Source: an uncultured Chloroflexia bacterium
Lineage (GTDB): Bacteria > Chloroflexota > Limnocylindria > QHBO01
Direction of reading: 5' to 3'
DNA: 64,000 nt
Assembly (NCBI GenBank): GCA_963806695.1
Contig: CAWDYT010000008.1
Location: 20,643-84,642 of the forward strand
The notes beneath the pieces are model-generated. The model was not told the origin of the DNA. It did no database searches and saw nothing but the letters and a program-made list of their open reading frames with translations. Of this stretch, positions 42,977 to 55,083 are shown one piece after another (position 1 is the first letter of the stretch; the number at the start of each line of letters is the position of its first letter). Position numbers and translations under genes: made by a program.

Positions 42977-44410
42977 CTAGCCGATGCGAACCGACTCGAC
43001 GGCCGGTCGATACGGGATCGGCCGTGCGCGAGCGGTGAGGGCGAGCACGAGGGTCAACGGCCCGAGGCGCCCGATGAACATCGCCGCGATCGTGATCAGC
43101 CGGGCCGCGTCGTCCATCTCGGGAGTGATGCCGGTGCTGGCCCCGACCGTGGCGAATGCCGACACGGATTCGAACAGCGTCTGCACGAACGTCGCCTCGG
43201 TCGTCACCGTCAGGCCGATGCCGACGATGAAGACGAATGCGATGGCCAGCAGCGCCACTGCCAGCGCGCGATACACGATCACGTGCTCGATGCGGCGACC
43301 GAATGCCATCGCGTTCGGATTTCCTCGCACCGTCGAGGCGATGGCGATCAAGAGCACGGCGAAGGTGTTGATCTTGATGCCGCCGGCCGTCGAGCCGGAA
43401 GCGCCCCCGATGAACATCAACGCCATCACCACGAACAGCGTCTCGTCCAGGAACGCGCCGGTATCGAGTGCCGTGAATCCGGCGGTCCGGAGCGTGGTCG
43501 ATTCGAACAGGGCGTTCAGCAGGCGCTGGCCGGGCGGCAGCGCGCCGAGGGTGCTCGGGTTCGACCACTCGCTGAAGCCGATGAGGGCGGCCCCGCCGCC
43601 GAGGAGGGCGAGCGTGGTGATCAGCACGATCTTGGTCTCGAGAGCCATGCGCGCCCAGCGCCGCACCGTGACGGCGTTCGCGATGATCGCGTACCCCAGG
43701 CCGCCGAGCGACAGGATCACCCCGATCGTAACGAGGACGACCCAGTCGTCCACGAAGGGGCTGAGGCTGCGGAACCCGCCGGTGATGTCGAAGCCCGCGT
43801 TGTTGAAGGCCGAGATCGAATGGAAGATGCCCCACCAGATGCCCAACGGATGCCACGGCGGCCCGGCCTCCGGACCGGCCATGAAGGCGATCGACAGGAC
43901 GACCGCCCCGGCAACCTCGACCACGATGGTGAAGATCGCGATGCGTTTCAGGACGGTCGTCACCGTCCCGAGCTCCAGGCCCCCGAGCGATTCCTGGACG
44001 ACGAGGCGGTCCCGCAGCGTCGTTCGCCTTCCGAGGAACAGCATGAGCAGCAGGGTCGAGCCCGCCATGATGCCGAAGCCGCCGATCTGGATGAGCAGCA
44101 GGATCACGACCTGTCCGAACGGGCTCCAGTAGGTCGCCGTGTCCACCACCACCAGGCCGGTGACGCAGGCGGCGCTGGTGGCGGTGAAGAGCGCATCCAT
44201 GAAGGGCGGCGAGGCGCCACCGGCCGTCGCGAAGGGCAGCATGAGCAACCCGGTGCCGGCGGTGATGAGGACGACGAACAGGAGAAGCAGGGAAAGGGCC
44301 GCGTCCGGTGGCCGGCCGGCTCGCCGAGGCGGCGTGATGGTGATCCGTTGCTGCTCGGCTCGTCCGGAGCGGATTGGTCGATCACCCCGGCGACGCCCGC
44401 GGAGCGTCAT
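42977..44410 (-). CDS. KtrB/TrkH potassium-uptake membrane subunit
   Basis: SAACVTGL, SAFNNAGF, RTAGF, SAFATVGAS pore loops; MFIGRLGP. Confidence 0.92.
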   Translation of the reverse strand: MTLRGRRRGDRPIRSGRAEQQRITITPPRRAGRPPDAALSLLLLFVVLITAGTGLLMLPFATAGGASPPFMDALFTATSAACVTGLVVVDTATYWSPFGQVVILLLIQIGGFGIMAGSTLLLMLFLGRRTTLRDRLVVQESLGGLELGTVTTVLKRIAIFTIVVEVAGAVVLSIAFMAGPEAGPPWHPLGIWWGIFHSISAFNNAGFDITGGFRSLSPFVDDWVVLVTIGVILSLGGLGYAIIANAVTVRRWARMALETKIVLITTLALLGGGAALIGFSEWSNPSTLGALPPGQRLLNALFESTTLRTAGFTALDTGAFLDETLFVVMALMFIGGASGSTAGGIKINTFAVLLIAIASTVRGNPNAMAFGRRIEHVIVYRALAVALLAIAFVFIVGIGLTVTTEATFVQTLFESVSAFATVGASTGITPEMDDAARLITIAAMFIGRLGPLTLVLALTARARPIPYRPAVESVRIG

Positions 44411-44455
44411 GCGAAGCCGGCGGTCTGCGCTTCCACCCCCCGAGGGTAGCGCGCG

Positions 44456-45397
44456 TCAGACCCGGTCGGAGTCTCCAGCCTGGCCGAGCTGGGCGCCGAC
44501 CGGCTCGCCGTGGGTCGGTCGGACCGCGTCGTCGTTCACCGGCAGTGGCACCCGGCGCGGCTTCGGTCGGAACGGCGAGGTCTCGGGGACGATCGGCCCG
44601 TCGGTCTCCGCCAACGTGCCGCCCCGATAGGCCTCCCACACCGCCATCACGGTGTCTCGGTGGGGCCGGATGCGGCAGTGCTCGTCCCGGTTGCCCATCT
44701 CGTCGCAGTAGCCGAGCGGGACGCACTTCGGGGCCAGGAACGAGCCGAAGAACGGCGAGACGCGGAAGATCTCGTGGCGGATCTGCTTGAACAGCTGGCG
44801 GATCTCCCACTGCGCCATGGTGCACAGCCGCAGGCCGCTCATGTGGATGAGCTGCCGCAGGTTCACCGTCATGATCAGGTTGGTCTGCATGGCGTTCGGG
44901 AAGATGAACCGGGCGTCCTCGGCCGGCACCTCGGCCTGGAGCAGCTGGCCATACAGGTCGAGGTTCTCGTCGACGGCGCGCTGGAACCGGCCCGCCAGGT
45001 CGTCGGGCAGGTCGCCCTTCGTGATCGAGTCGGGGATCGTGAAGTTGTCGCGCTTCTTGAAGCTCACGTACCGCTGTGACTGCTGATCGAAGGCGGTACC
45101 CGCGCGATGGCGGACCAGCTGGTGCGACAGGGTCCGGGTGACGCCGCTGATGGCGAACGTGAAGTTCACGTGCTCGATCGTGCTGCCGTGCCCCGACTCC
45201 ATCACCTTGCGGACGAGGTTCTGCTGCTTCTCGTCGGCCACCTGGCGGCTGACCGCCTTGTCCCAGATCTGGTCGGGGACCTGCTCGGAGTAGCAGGTGC
45301 GGCAGGCCGTGTAGATGATCGGGAGGTAGTACTCCTCCACGATCTCCTTGGTGGGGAAGATGAGCTTGGCGGAGAGCGCGGCGGAGGTGGGGGGCAT
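44456..45397 (-). CDS. thyX: FAD-dependent thymidylate synthase
   Basis: GHGSTIEH, SHQLVRHR...QQSQRY ThyX motif, EDARFIFP, AQWEIR. Confidence 0.95.
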   Translation of the reverse strand: MPPTSAALSAKLIFPTKEIVEEYYLPIIYTACRTCYSEQVPDQIWDKAVSRQVADEKQQNLVRKVMESGHGSTIEHVNFTFAISGVTRTLSHQLVRHRAGTAFDQQSQRYVSFKKRDNFTIPDSITKGDLPDDLAGRFQRAVDENLDLYGQLLQAEVPAEDARFIFPNAMQTNLIMTVNLRQLIHMSGLRLCTMAQWEIRQLFKQIRHEIFRVSPFFGSFLAPKCVPLGYCDEMGNRDEHCRIRPHRDTVMAVWEAYRGGTLAETDGPIVPETSPFRPKPRRVPLPVNDDAVRPTHGEPVGAQLGQAGDSDRV

Positions 45398-45439
45398 CTG
45401 AGCCTCAAGGGTGCCAGCCGGCGGCCAGCGGAACCATAC

Positions 45440-45488
45440 GGTTATCCACAGATCCTACCCACACAGTGTATGACAACTGTGGATAACC
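45440..45488. promoter_or_regulatory. Inverted pair of perfect DnaA boxes upstream of thyX
   Basis: TTATCCACA 45442-45450 and TGTGGATAA 45478-45486, inside a 12-bp inverted repeat; 7/9 box CTACCCACA at 45455-45463. Confidence 0.75.
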
Positions 45489-45545
45489 CGATACGCCTCG
45501 ACGCCGTCGCTCGCGCTCGAATTCAGATTCGTGCTCGCCCCGTTG

Positions 45546-47208
45546 TCATACGGCGCCTTGGTCGTCGGCGGGGTCGTCTCCCGCTCCTCGATCGCGATCC
45601 TCGAGCCGTGCCAGGCCGTGCGTGCGGTCGAAGGCGACGCGGTTGCCGCCTGCCCGCTTCGCGCTCGCGAGCGCCTCGTCGACGCGGAGGAGCAGGCCGT
45701 CGCGGTCGAGGTCGTCGCCGGGTCGCAGGACTGCGATGCCGACGCTGGAAGTGAGCGTCGAGCTGCTCGGTTCCGACGGCGATCGGTCGCAGGCCGAGCC
45801 GGTGCTGGAGCGCATCGGCGAAGGTGGCCGCCCCGCCCTCGTCGGTGTGCGGCAGGACGGCGAGGAACGCGTCCCCGCCGAAGCGGCCGAGCTCGTCGGC
45901 TTCGCGGACTCGCAGCCGGATGCGGAGCGCCACCTCGCGCAGGGCGGCGTCGCCGCCTGCGGTGCCGTGGAGCCGGTTCACGGCGGCAAAGTCGTCGAGG
46001 TCGAGCAGGACGATCGCGACCGGATGCTGATAGCGCCGGGCCTCGGCCACCTCGATGCGAAGTCGCTCGAGGATCGCGGTCCGGCTGGTGACGCCGGTGA
46101 GCGGATCGACCGACGAGGCGCGCTCGAGCTCCTGCCGCTGGAGGTCGATCGTGCGCCGCGCCTGGAGCAGCTCCTCGATCGTCCCGCGCAGCTCGCGGCC
46201 GAGCCGCTCTGCCTCGGGTGAGGTGCCCGGGTCCCGGATCACGGCCGTCAGGCCGTCCCCGCTTCGCCGCAGGCCGACGCGCAGCCCGCCGACGGCGGTG
46301 ACCGTCGAGACGGATTCGCCGGGCAGGGGCATCGTCGCCAGGGAGATGCCGAGGAGGTCTTCCAGCCGCGAGCCGGCCGACGCGTCATCGAGACCGAGCA
46401 ACGATGCGGCCGTGGGATTCCAGTCGCGCAGCCGGAGGCGGCCGTCGAAGCGAAGCACCGCGTCCGCGAGGTGCGCGGCAAGCTCCGGAAGGCGGTCCGC
46501 GTCCTGGTCGGCCACCCGTCCCTGCGGCACGGCCGCAACGAGGATCGCGATGAGCTGGGAGCCGACCAGTGCCGCCAGGCCGATCACCGCCTCCAGGCTT
46601 GCCTCGCTGGCGACGGCCGCCGCGGCAAGGCCCGGGAGCAGGGCCGTCGCGATCGCACCGATGCCCCGTCCAGTCGCGACCAGCGCGGCCGCGACCGCCG
46701 CCACGGCACCGAGCATCGTGATCGGGACGGTGAGCGGCTGGATCGCATCCCGCACAACGGGAAGGAGGTCCAGCACGACCGCGATGCCGGCAAGGCCGAG
46801 CAGTCCGCCGGCCACCGCGGCGCGCGAGCTGCCGGCGGCGACGGTCCACGCCGAGCGATCGGCGATCGCGGCGCCGAGCAGCGCGATGGCCGCGCCGACA
46901 AGGGCCAGCAGCGACGGCGCGCCGCCGAGCCAGCCGAGTGCCGCGCCGGCGAGAGCCCCGGAAGCGCCGGCGCCAAGGAGCGCAGACACCCGTCCGTCAC
47001 GGAGCCCCGCCACCAACCACGCCAGCGTGGCGATCGCCGCCGTGACCAGCAGCGCGACGGCCAGCACGGACGGCACCCAGCCCACGCCGGCCGCGTCGAG
47101 GTCAGCGGGAGGCAGCGCGCGGACGGCCACCAGCACGGCCAGCAGGGGGCCGGCCACCAGCAGCCCGAGCGCGCTTCGAACGGCGCCGATCGCGGCGATG
47201 CGCTCCAT
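45546..47208 (-). CDS. Multi-TM protein with PAS-like domain and degenerate GGDEF (GGDAF); one indel near 45735
   Basis: About 8 TM helices, DWNPTAASLLG, DPLTGV, DLDDFAAVN, READ I-site, RFGGDAF. Confidence 0.82.
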
Positions 47209-47278
47209 GGATCGAGTGTGGTCGAGCCTCGCGCGCCGCGGCAATGGTACGAACGCTCGCTCCTATACTCGGCGGGCC

Positions 47279-47653
47279 GTGAAGGACCGACCCGCTGCCG
47301 TGATGTCGCGCCGCGACTTCCTGGCGGCCACCGACGCCCTGGTGCGCGACGGCGAGGCGCTCGTCGAGGATCCCGACTGGGATCGGTTCCGCGCATGGCT
47401 GCTGGCGTCCGACCGGCTTCTCGAGCGTGTCTGGGGCCGAATGGACCGCTACCACCTCGCCTGGCTGAACGTCGGCCGCGACAGTGCGCCGCCGGGGTCC
47501 GCGCTCGACGAGAGCGGCACGCGCCGCTTCATTGCCGAGGTAGCCAGCGGCAAGCTGGCCGTCCTGCGTACGATGAAGTCCGCCGTGGAGCGCCAGGGTT
47601 GGACCCTGCTCTCCGACGAGCCCGACAGCCCGCCAGCCGAGGAGGACCGATGA
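47279..47653 (+). CDS. Hypothetical protein
   Basis: TATACT 9 nt before the GTG; ATGA overlap with the next gene. Confidence 0.65.
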   Translation: MKDRPAAVMSRRDFLAATDALVRDGEALVEDPDWDRFRAWLLASDRLLERVWGRMDRYHLAWLNVGRDSAPPGSALDESGTRRFIAEVASGKLAVLRTMKSAVERQGWTLLSDEPDSPPAEEDR

Positions 47654-48375
47654 GCTACCCGATCGCCGCGGGCGGCCTCGCGGCCGTCCTTGCCCACCCC
47701 GACGACGAGAGCTTCGGCTGCGCCGGCGCCCTGGCCCTCGCCCACGACGCGGGCGCCACCACGCGGCTGCTGGTCGTGACGCGCGGCGAGGCGGGCACAC
47801 CGGACGGCGAGGCCGACCCGTCGTTCGGCGATCGACGCGAGGCGGAGCTGATCGGCGCGGCCAAGGCGATCGGCCTGGACGAGGTCTCGATCCTCGACGG
47901 CTATCCCGATGGCGGCGTGGCGGACCACGACTTCGACACCCTGATCGAGGAGATCGCTGCCTGGCTTGCCGATCGGCGGCCGCAGGCGGTGATCACCTTC
48001 GGCCCGCACGGGGTGACCGGCCACCCCGACCACGTCGTCGTGGGCAATGCCACCCGCTGGGCTGTGGAGCGCCTCGCCGATATCGGCCAGGCGCCCAACG
48101 CGGTGTACGTGATCTCGCCCATCTTCGATCCAAGCGGCACTCTGTACGACCTGTCGCCAGAGGAGCAGGCTGCAACGCATCGGATCGAGATCACGCCCGT
48201 CGCCCCGCGGAAGGTCGACGCCCTCGAGTCGCACGCCAGCCAGGTGGACACGGTCGAGGAGATCGCCGCGCTGCGAGCGGCCATCGAGGCCGGCGGACCG
48301 ATTCACGAGGGCTATCACCGCGTTCGCCCGCTCGTGCCGCAGCCGCATCCGGTCTACGACACTCGCCTCCTGTAA
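47650..48375 (+). CDS. PIG-L/LmbE (MshB/BshB-like) deacetylase
   Basis: AHPDDE, TRGEAG, GHPDH, HASQ. Confidence 0.9.
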   Translation: MSYPIAAGGLAAVLAHPDDESFGCAGALALAHDAGATTRLLVVTRGEAGTPDGEADPSFGDRREAELIGAAKAIGLDEVSILDGYPDGGVADHDFDTLIEEIAAWLADRRPQAVITFGPHGVTGHPDHVVVGNATRWAVERLADIGQAPNAVYVISPIFDPSGTLYDLSPEEQAATHRIEITPVAPRKVDALESHASQVDTVEEIAALRAAIEAGGPIHEGYHRVRPLVPQPHPVYDTRLL

Positions 48376-48407
48376 GCGCCATTCGCGGAACGGCGTATCC
48401 TTAGCGC

Positions 48408-48698
48408 ATGGCAATCGAACAGAACCTCGGCAAGGTGGACGAGGTGATGACCGCGCTGTACGACATCCAAGATCCGGAGATCGGGATGAGCATCGTGGAC
48501 CTCGACCTCATCAAGGCCGTCGAGATCGGCGCCGATGGTGGTCCCACCGAGATCAAGATGGTGCTCACCACGCCGTTCTGCCCGTGGGCCGGGGAGCTGA
48601 TTCAGACCGTGAAGACGAAGGCCGAAGAGGTCGTCGGTCCGCCGGTCAAGGTCACCCTGCTCGCCGAGCGCTGGGAGCCGCCGCCGGGCCTCTTCTAG
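48408..48698 (+). CDS. DUF59/SufT-like metal-sulfur cluster assembly factor
   Basis: IQDPEIGMSIVDLDLI, LTTPFCP. Confidence 0.88.
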   Translation: MAIEQNLGKVDEVMTALYDIQDPEIGMSIVDLDLIKAVEIGADGGPTEIKMVLTTPFCPWAGELIQTVKTKAEEVVGPPVKVTLLAERWEPPPGLF

Positions 48699-48763
48699 CG
48701 GGGGTCCCTCACCTGCTTCGCGCGGATCGCCCTGGCGCGCCTGCACCCGGTTAGGATCTCGAC

Positions 48764-49327
48764 GTGCGCATCTACACGAAGAAGGGCGACGACGGCACGA
48801 CCGGGCTGCTGTTCGGTGGCGACCGTGTGAGCAAGGCCGACCTTCGGACCGATGCGTACGGCACGGTCGACGAGGCCGTCTCCGCCCTCGGGCTGGCCCG
48901 CGCGGCGATCGGGAGCGTCACGGACCGCACCGAGGCGCGCCTCGCGGAGCTCTCCCTACGCTTGCAACGGGAGCTGTTCGTGGTGGGCGCGGAGATCGCC
49001 ACGCACGTCGACCGTCGCGACCGGCTGACGGACGGCGTCTCCCGCGTGACCGATGACATGGTCGCGGCGCTCGAGCGGGAGATCGACGAGCTCGAGGGGG
49101 TCGTCGAGCAGCCGAAGGAGTTCGTCCTGCCCGGCGAGTCGATGACCGGCGCGGCGCTCGACCTGGCGCGGACCACGGTGCGACGTGCAGAGCGGCGAGC
49201 CGTCGCACTGGCGGAGTCCGGCGAGCTGCCCGAGTCGCAGGTGGTCCCTTACCTCAACCGCCTGGCCGATCTCCTTTTCGTTGCGGCCCGCGCTGCGGAT
49301 GGAGGCTTCCTGCCCGTCCGCCGCTGA
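48764..49327 (+). CDS. PduO-type cob(I)alamin adenosyltransferase
   Basis: IYTKKGDDGTTGL, YGTVDE, RRAERR, YLNRLAD. Confidence 0.92.
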   Translation: MRIYTKKGDDGTTGLLFGGDRVSKADLRTDAYGTVDEAVSALGLARAAIGSVTDRTEARLAELSLRLQRELFVVGAEIATHVDRRDRLTDGVSRVTDDMVAALEREIDELEGVVEQPKEFVLPGESMTGAALDLARTTVRRAERRAVALAESGELPESQVVPYLNRLADLLFVAARAADGGFLPVRR

Positions 49328-49560
49328 GCGGCGGATTCCGGTTGGGCCGCCACTTGGTTCACGTGGAAATCGTCGCGAATGAGGCTAGCATCGGCGGTAT
49401 CGGTGCACGCCGCCGAGCCCGGCCATCTGCTCCCGCCGCGCTTCGTTAGCCGTTGCGCCCGGCGGTAGAATCGGCCCTCCGGCCCACCAGCCTGCCTCCC
49501 GGTGGGGGTACACCGCGGCAGCCCGGCCCAGTGTGGCGCACTGACAAGGAGACTCACACG

Positions 49561-50928
49561 ATGAGCTATGCCGTGACCAACCCCGCCACGGGCGAGACGG
49601 TCAAGACCTACGACACCATCACCGATGCCGAGCTCGAGACCGTGATTGGCTCAGCCGACGAAGCACACCGCACCTGGTCGAAGTCGACCACGGTCGAAGA
49701 GCGCGCTGCCCTCATCCGTCGCGTCGCCGAATTGCACACGCGAGCGCCGCCAGGAGCTGGCCGAGCTCATCGTCCGCGAGATGGGCAAGCCGATCGGGCA
49801 GGCGCTCGAGCGAGGTCGACTTCGCCGCGGACATTTACGACTATTACGCCGACCACTCGCCGGACTTTCTGAAGGACGAGCCGATCGACCTCCTCGCGGG
49901 CGATGGCTCGGCGGTCATCCGCCGCTCGTCGCTCGGGGTGCTGCTCGGCGTCATGCCGTGGAATTTTCCGTACTACCAAGTTGCCCGCTTCGCGGGCCCG
50001 AACCTCATCATCGGCAATACGATCCTGCTCAAGCACGCCGCGCAGTGCCCCGAGTCCGCTGCCGCGATGCAGCAGATCTTCCGCGACGCGGGCTTCCCGC
50101 CCGGTGCCTACGTCAATATCTACGCCTCGCACGACCAGCTCGAGCGGGTCATCGCCGACCCGCGCGTGCAGGGCGTCTCGCTCACCGGCTCCGAGCGCGC
50201 AGGCGCCGCGGTCGCCGAGATCGCCGGCCGCCACCTGAAGAAGGTCGTGCTCGAGCTCGGCGGGTCGGACCCCTTCATCCTGCTCTCGACCGACGACCTC
50301 GACGCCACGGTTCAGCAGGCGATCGACGCCCGGCTCGACAACAGCGGCCAGTCCTGCAACGCGGCCAAGCGCTTCATCGTCGCCGACGAGCTGTACCAGC
50401 CTTTCCTCGAGAAGTTCACCGCGAAGATCGCCGAGATCGAGGCGACCGACCCGACGTCGGCTGACTCGGCGCTCGGCCCGCTGTCCTCGCTGAAGGCAGC
50501 CGAGAACGTCGACGAGCAGGTCAAGCGGGCGATCGAGCACGGCGCGACGCTCGCGCACGGCGGCACCCGCAGCGGCGCGTTCTTCCAGACGACGGTGCTG
50601 ACGGAAGTCACGCCCGAGAACCCCGCCTCCAAGGAGGAGTTCTTCGGCCCGGTCGCGCAGGTGTACCGCGCGAAGGATGAGGCCGACGCCGTGCGCATCG
50701 CGAACGACACCCCGTACGGCCTCGGCTCGTACGTCTACACCACCGACGAGGAGCAGGCGCTCCGCGTCGCTGACGGCATCGAGGCCGGCATGGTGTTCGT
50801 GAACGTCGTGCTCGCCGACGGCGCCGAGCTGCCGTTCGGCGGCATCAAGCGCTCAGGCTCGGGCCGCGAGCTGGGCCGACTTTGGCGCCGACGAGTTCGT
50901 GAACAAGAAGCTGATCCGCATCGGCTGA
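49561..50928 (+). CDS. NAD(P)-dependent succinate-semialdehyde dehydrogenase-like (indels near 49740, 49805, 50880)
   Basis: MPWNFPYYQ, LTGSERAG, ELGGSDP, GQSCNA, EEFFGP, PFGGIKRSG. Confidence 0.88.
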
Positions 50929-51107
50929 CGCCCGGCTCGGTCGCCGGACGGCTTCGGACTCTGACGCGCCGCAGGACGGCGCAGGCGGCGTCGGCAGCGG
51001 GCATGGGACCCGCGGTCGCTCGGTCTGCTTCAGGCGAGCCGCCGCATTCGCGAATGGAGAGTGACCGGGCTAGGGTGGACGGACGCACCAAACCGGAGGA
51101 GATCACG

Positions 51108-51536
51108 ATGCCGGCGCGATTGAACCCGTATCTCACCTTCCCTGGGAATGCCCGCGAGGCGATGGAGTACTACGACGACGTCCTGGGCGGGAACCTGGTC
51201 CTCACGACCTTCGCTGAGGGCGGAATGGCCGACAACCCGGCCGATGCCGACAAGGTGATGCACGGGCAGCTCGAGACCGACAACGGGTTCACGCTGATGG
51301 GCTCGGACGCGCGGAGCGACGCGCCGGGGGAGCCGATGTCCGGCGTGCAGATCTCGCTCTCGGGCGACACCGCGGCCGATGCGGAGCTGTCCGGCTACTA
51401 CGACCGGCTGGCGCAGAAGGGTACGGTCGTCGAGCCACTCGAGCAGGCTCCGTGGGGAGACAAGTTCGGGATGGTCACCGACCCCTACGGGGTGCTGTGG
51501 ATGGTGAACATCCAGGGGGCACAGCCGGCCGGCTAG
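51108..51536 (+). CDS. VOC family, PhnB-like
   Basis: LNPYLTFPGNAREAMEYY, KVMHGQL, WGDKFGMVTDPYGVLWMVN. Confidence 0.92.
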   Translation: MPARLNPYLTFPGNAREAMEYYDDVLGGNLVLTTFAEGGMADNPADADKVMHGQLETDNGFTLMGSDARSDAPGEPMSGVQISLSGDTAADAELSGYYDRLAQKGTVVEPLEQAPWGDKFGMVTDPYGVLWMVNIQGAQPAG

Positions 51537-51543
51537 GAGCCGC

Positions 51544-53168
<1,625 letters not shown>

Positions 53169-53244
53169 CTAGCCCGATGCGATGGGGTTCGGGACGGGCT
53201 CCGAAGAGGTGCCGCGCGACGTTGGCCTGCTAGCATCGGCTTCC

Positions 53245-53697
53245 ATGACCGATGCGTCCGTCAAGGCCGAACCCGATGCGCCCGGCGAGCTGCCGCCCGG
53301 CCGGACGCCGCCGCTGGCGCCTGAGGAAGCGGATCGACTGTTCCGCCAGGGCGTGGCGCTCTTCAACGGGGTTCGCTACTGGCACGCCCACGAGGCGTGG
53401 GAGACCGTCTGGCGAGCCGCCCCCGACGAGGAGCGCGAGTTCTACCAGGGCCTGATCCAGGTCGCGGCCGGGCTGCTGCATCTCCAACGCCGCAACCTAC
53501 GCGGGGCGAGGAACAAGCTGTCCGAGGGGGTCGCCAAGCTCCGACGCTACGAGCCGGCGCACCACGGCATCTTCGTGAATGAGCTGATGGGGCAGGCGAC
53601 GCGCGTCCTCGATGAGCTGAACGACGGCTACCTGCCCTACCTCATCCCGCCCGTCATCCGCTTCACCGACGCGGAGCGCGCCGACTTCAGCCGATGA
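53245..53697 (+). CDS. DUF309 family protein
   Basis: [24 protein letters not shown]. Confidence 0.88.
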   Translation: MTDASVKAEPDAPGELPPGRTPPLAPEEADRLFRQGVALFNGVRYWHAHEAWETVWRAAPDEEREFYQGLIQVAAGLLHLQRRNLRGARNKLSEGVAKLRRYEPAHHGIFVNELMGQATRVLDELNDGYLPYLIPPVIRFTDAERADFSR

Positions 53698-55079
53698 GCG
53701 AGTTCCGGGTCGAGCGCGACTCGATGGGCGAGGTGCGCGTCCCAGCCGATGCGAAGTGGCGCGCTCAGACGCAGCGCGCGGTCGAGAACTTCCCGATCTC
53801 CGGCACACGCCTCGAGCCCGCGCTGATCGCCGCCCTGGCGCGAACCAAGGGGGCCGTCGCGTCGGTGAAGGCCGCGGAGGGGATGATCGCGCCGGACCTG
53901 GCCGAGGCGATCGCCGCGGCCGCCGACGAGGTCGCGCGCGGGGACCACGATGCCCAGTTCCCGATCGACGTCTTCCAGACCGGCTCGGGGACGAGCAGCA
54001 ACATGAACATGAACGAGGTGCTCGCCACGCTCGCGTCCGAGCGCCTCGGCCGCCCGGTCCATCCGAACGACGACGTCAACCATCCGATGTCGTCGAACGA
54101 CCTGTTCCCGGCCGCCATCCACATCGCCGCGACCTCCGGCGTCGTCGAGGACCTCATCCCGGCGTTGGAGCACCTGGCCGGCGCGCTCGAGGCGAAGGCC
54201 ACCGAGTTCGCCGATGCCGTGAAGGCAGGCCGCACGCACCTCATGGACGCCACGCCGGTGACCCTCGGCCAGGAGTTCGGCGGCTATGCGGCCCAGGCCC
54301 GCATCGGCGTCGAGCGTCTGCGCGCCACGTTGCCGCGGGTGGCGGAGCTGCCGCTGGGCGGGACGGCCGTCGGCACGGGGATCAACTCGCCACCGGGCTT
54401 CGGCGCACGGGTCATCGCCGCCGTCGCGGCCGAGACCGGGCTCCCGCTGACCGAGGCGCGCGATCACTTCGAGGCGCAGGGCGCCCGGGACGGGCTGGTC
54501 GAGCTCTCCGGCCAGCTGCGGACGATCGCGGTCAGTCTCACCAAGATCGCCAACGACCTGCGCTGGATGGGCTCCGGTCCGCGTGCCGGCCTCGGCGAGA
54601 TCCACCTGCCGGACCTCCAGCCGGGGTCCTCGATCATGCCCGGCAAGGTGAACCCGGTGCTCCCCGAGGCGACCCTGATGGTGTGCGCCCAGGTCATCGG
54701 CAACGACGCCGCCGTGGCATGGGGAGGCGCGGCCGGCAACTTCGAGCTGAACGTGATGCTGCCGATGATCGGGCGCAACGTGCTCGAGTCGATCCGGCTC
54801 CTGGCCAGCGTGACCCGGCTCCTCGCCGATCGCTGCATCGACGGCATCAGCGCCGACGTCGATCACCTCCGCGAGATGGCCGAGAGCTCGCCGGCCATCG
54901 TCACCCCTCTCAACCCGTATCTCGGCTACGAGGAGGCGGCCAGCATCGCCAAGCAGGCGCTCGCCGAGCGCAAGACGATCCGCCAGGTCGTCATCGAGCG
55001 CGGCCACGTCGCCCAGGGCCGGATCACCGAGGCCCAGCTCGACGAGGCGCTCGACGTGATGCGGATGACCCGTCCATGA
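53694..55079 (+). CDS. fumC: Class II fumarate hydratase
   Basis: [39 protein letters not shown]. Confidence 0.95.
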   Translation: MSEFRVERDSMGEVRVPADAKWRAQTQRAVENFPISGTRLEPALIAALARTKGAVASVKAAEGMIAPDLAEAIAAAADEVARGDHDAQFPIDVFQTGSGTSSNMNMNEVLATLASERLGRPVHPNDDVNHPMSSNDLFPAAIHIAATSGVVEDLIPALEHLAGALEAKATEFADAVKAGRTHLMDATPVTLGQEFGGYAAQARIGVERLRATLPRVAELPLGGTAVGTGINSPPGFGARVIAAVAAETGLPLTEARDHFEAQGARDGLVELSGQLRTIAVSLTKIANDLRWMGSGPRAGLGEIHLPDLQPGSSIMPGKVNPVLPEATLMVCAQVIGNDAAVAWGGAAGNFELNVMLPMIGRNVLESIRLLASVTRLLADRCIDGISADVDHLREMAESSPAIVTPLNPYLGYEEAASIAKQALAERKTIRQVVIERGHVAQGRITEAQLDEALDVMRMTRP

Positions 55080-55083
55080 CCGG

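Noticed and set aside
45440-45488. DnaA boxes as the replication origin
   Set aside because: Only 2-3 boxes in a ~125-bp gap, no AT-rich unwinding element and no dnaA/dnaN nearby; a promoter site is more parsimonious, though oriC is not formally excluded
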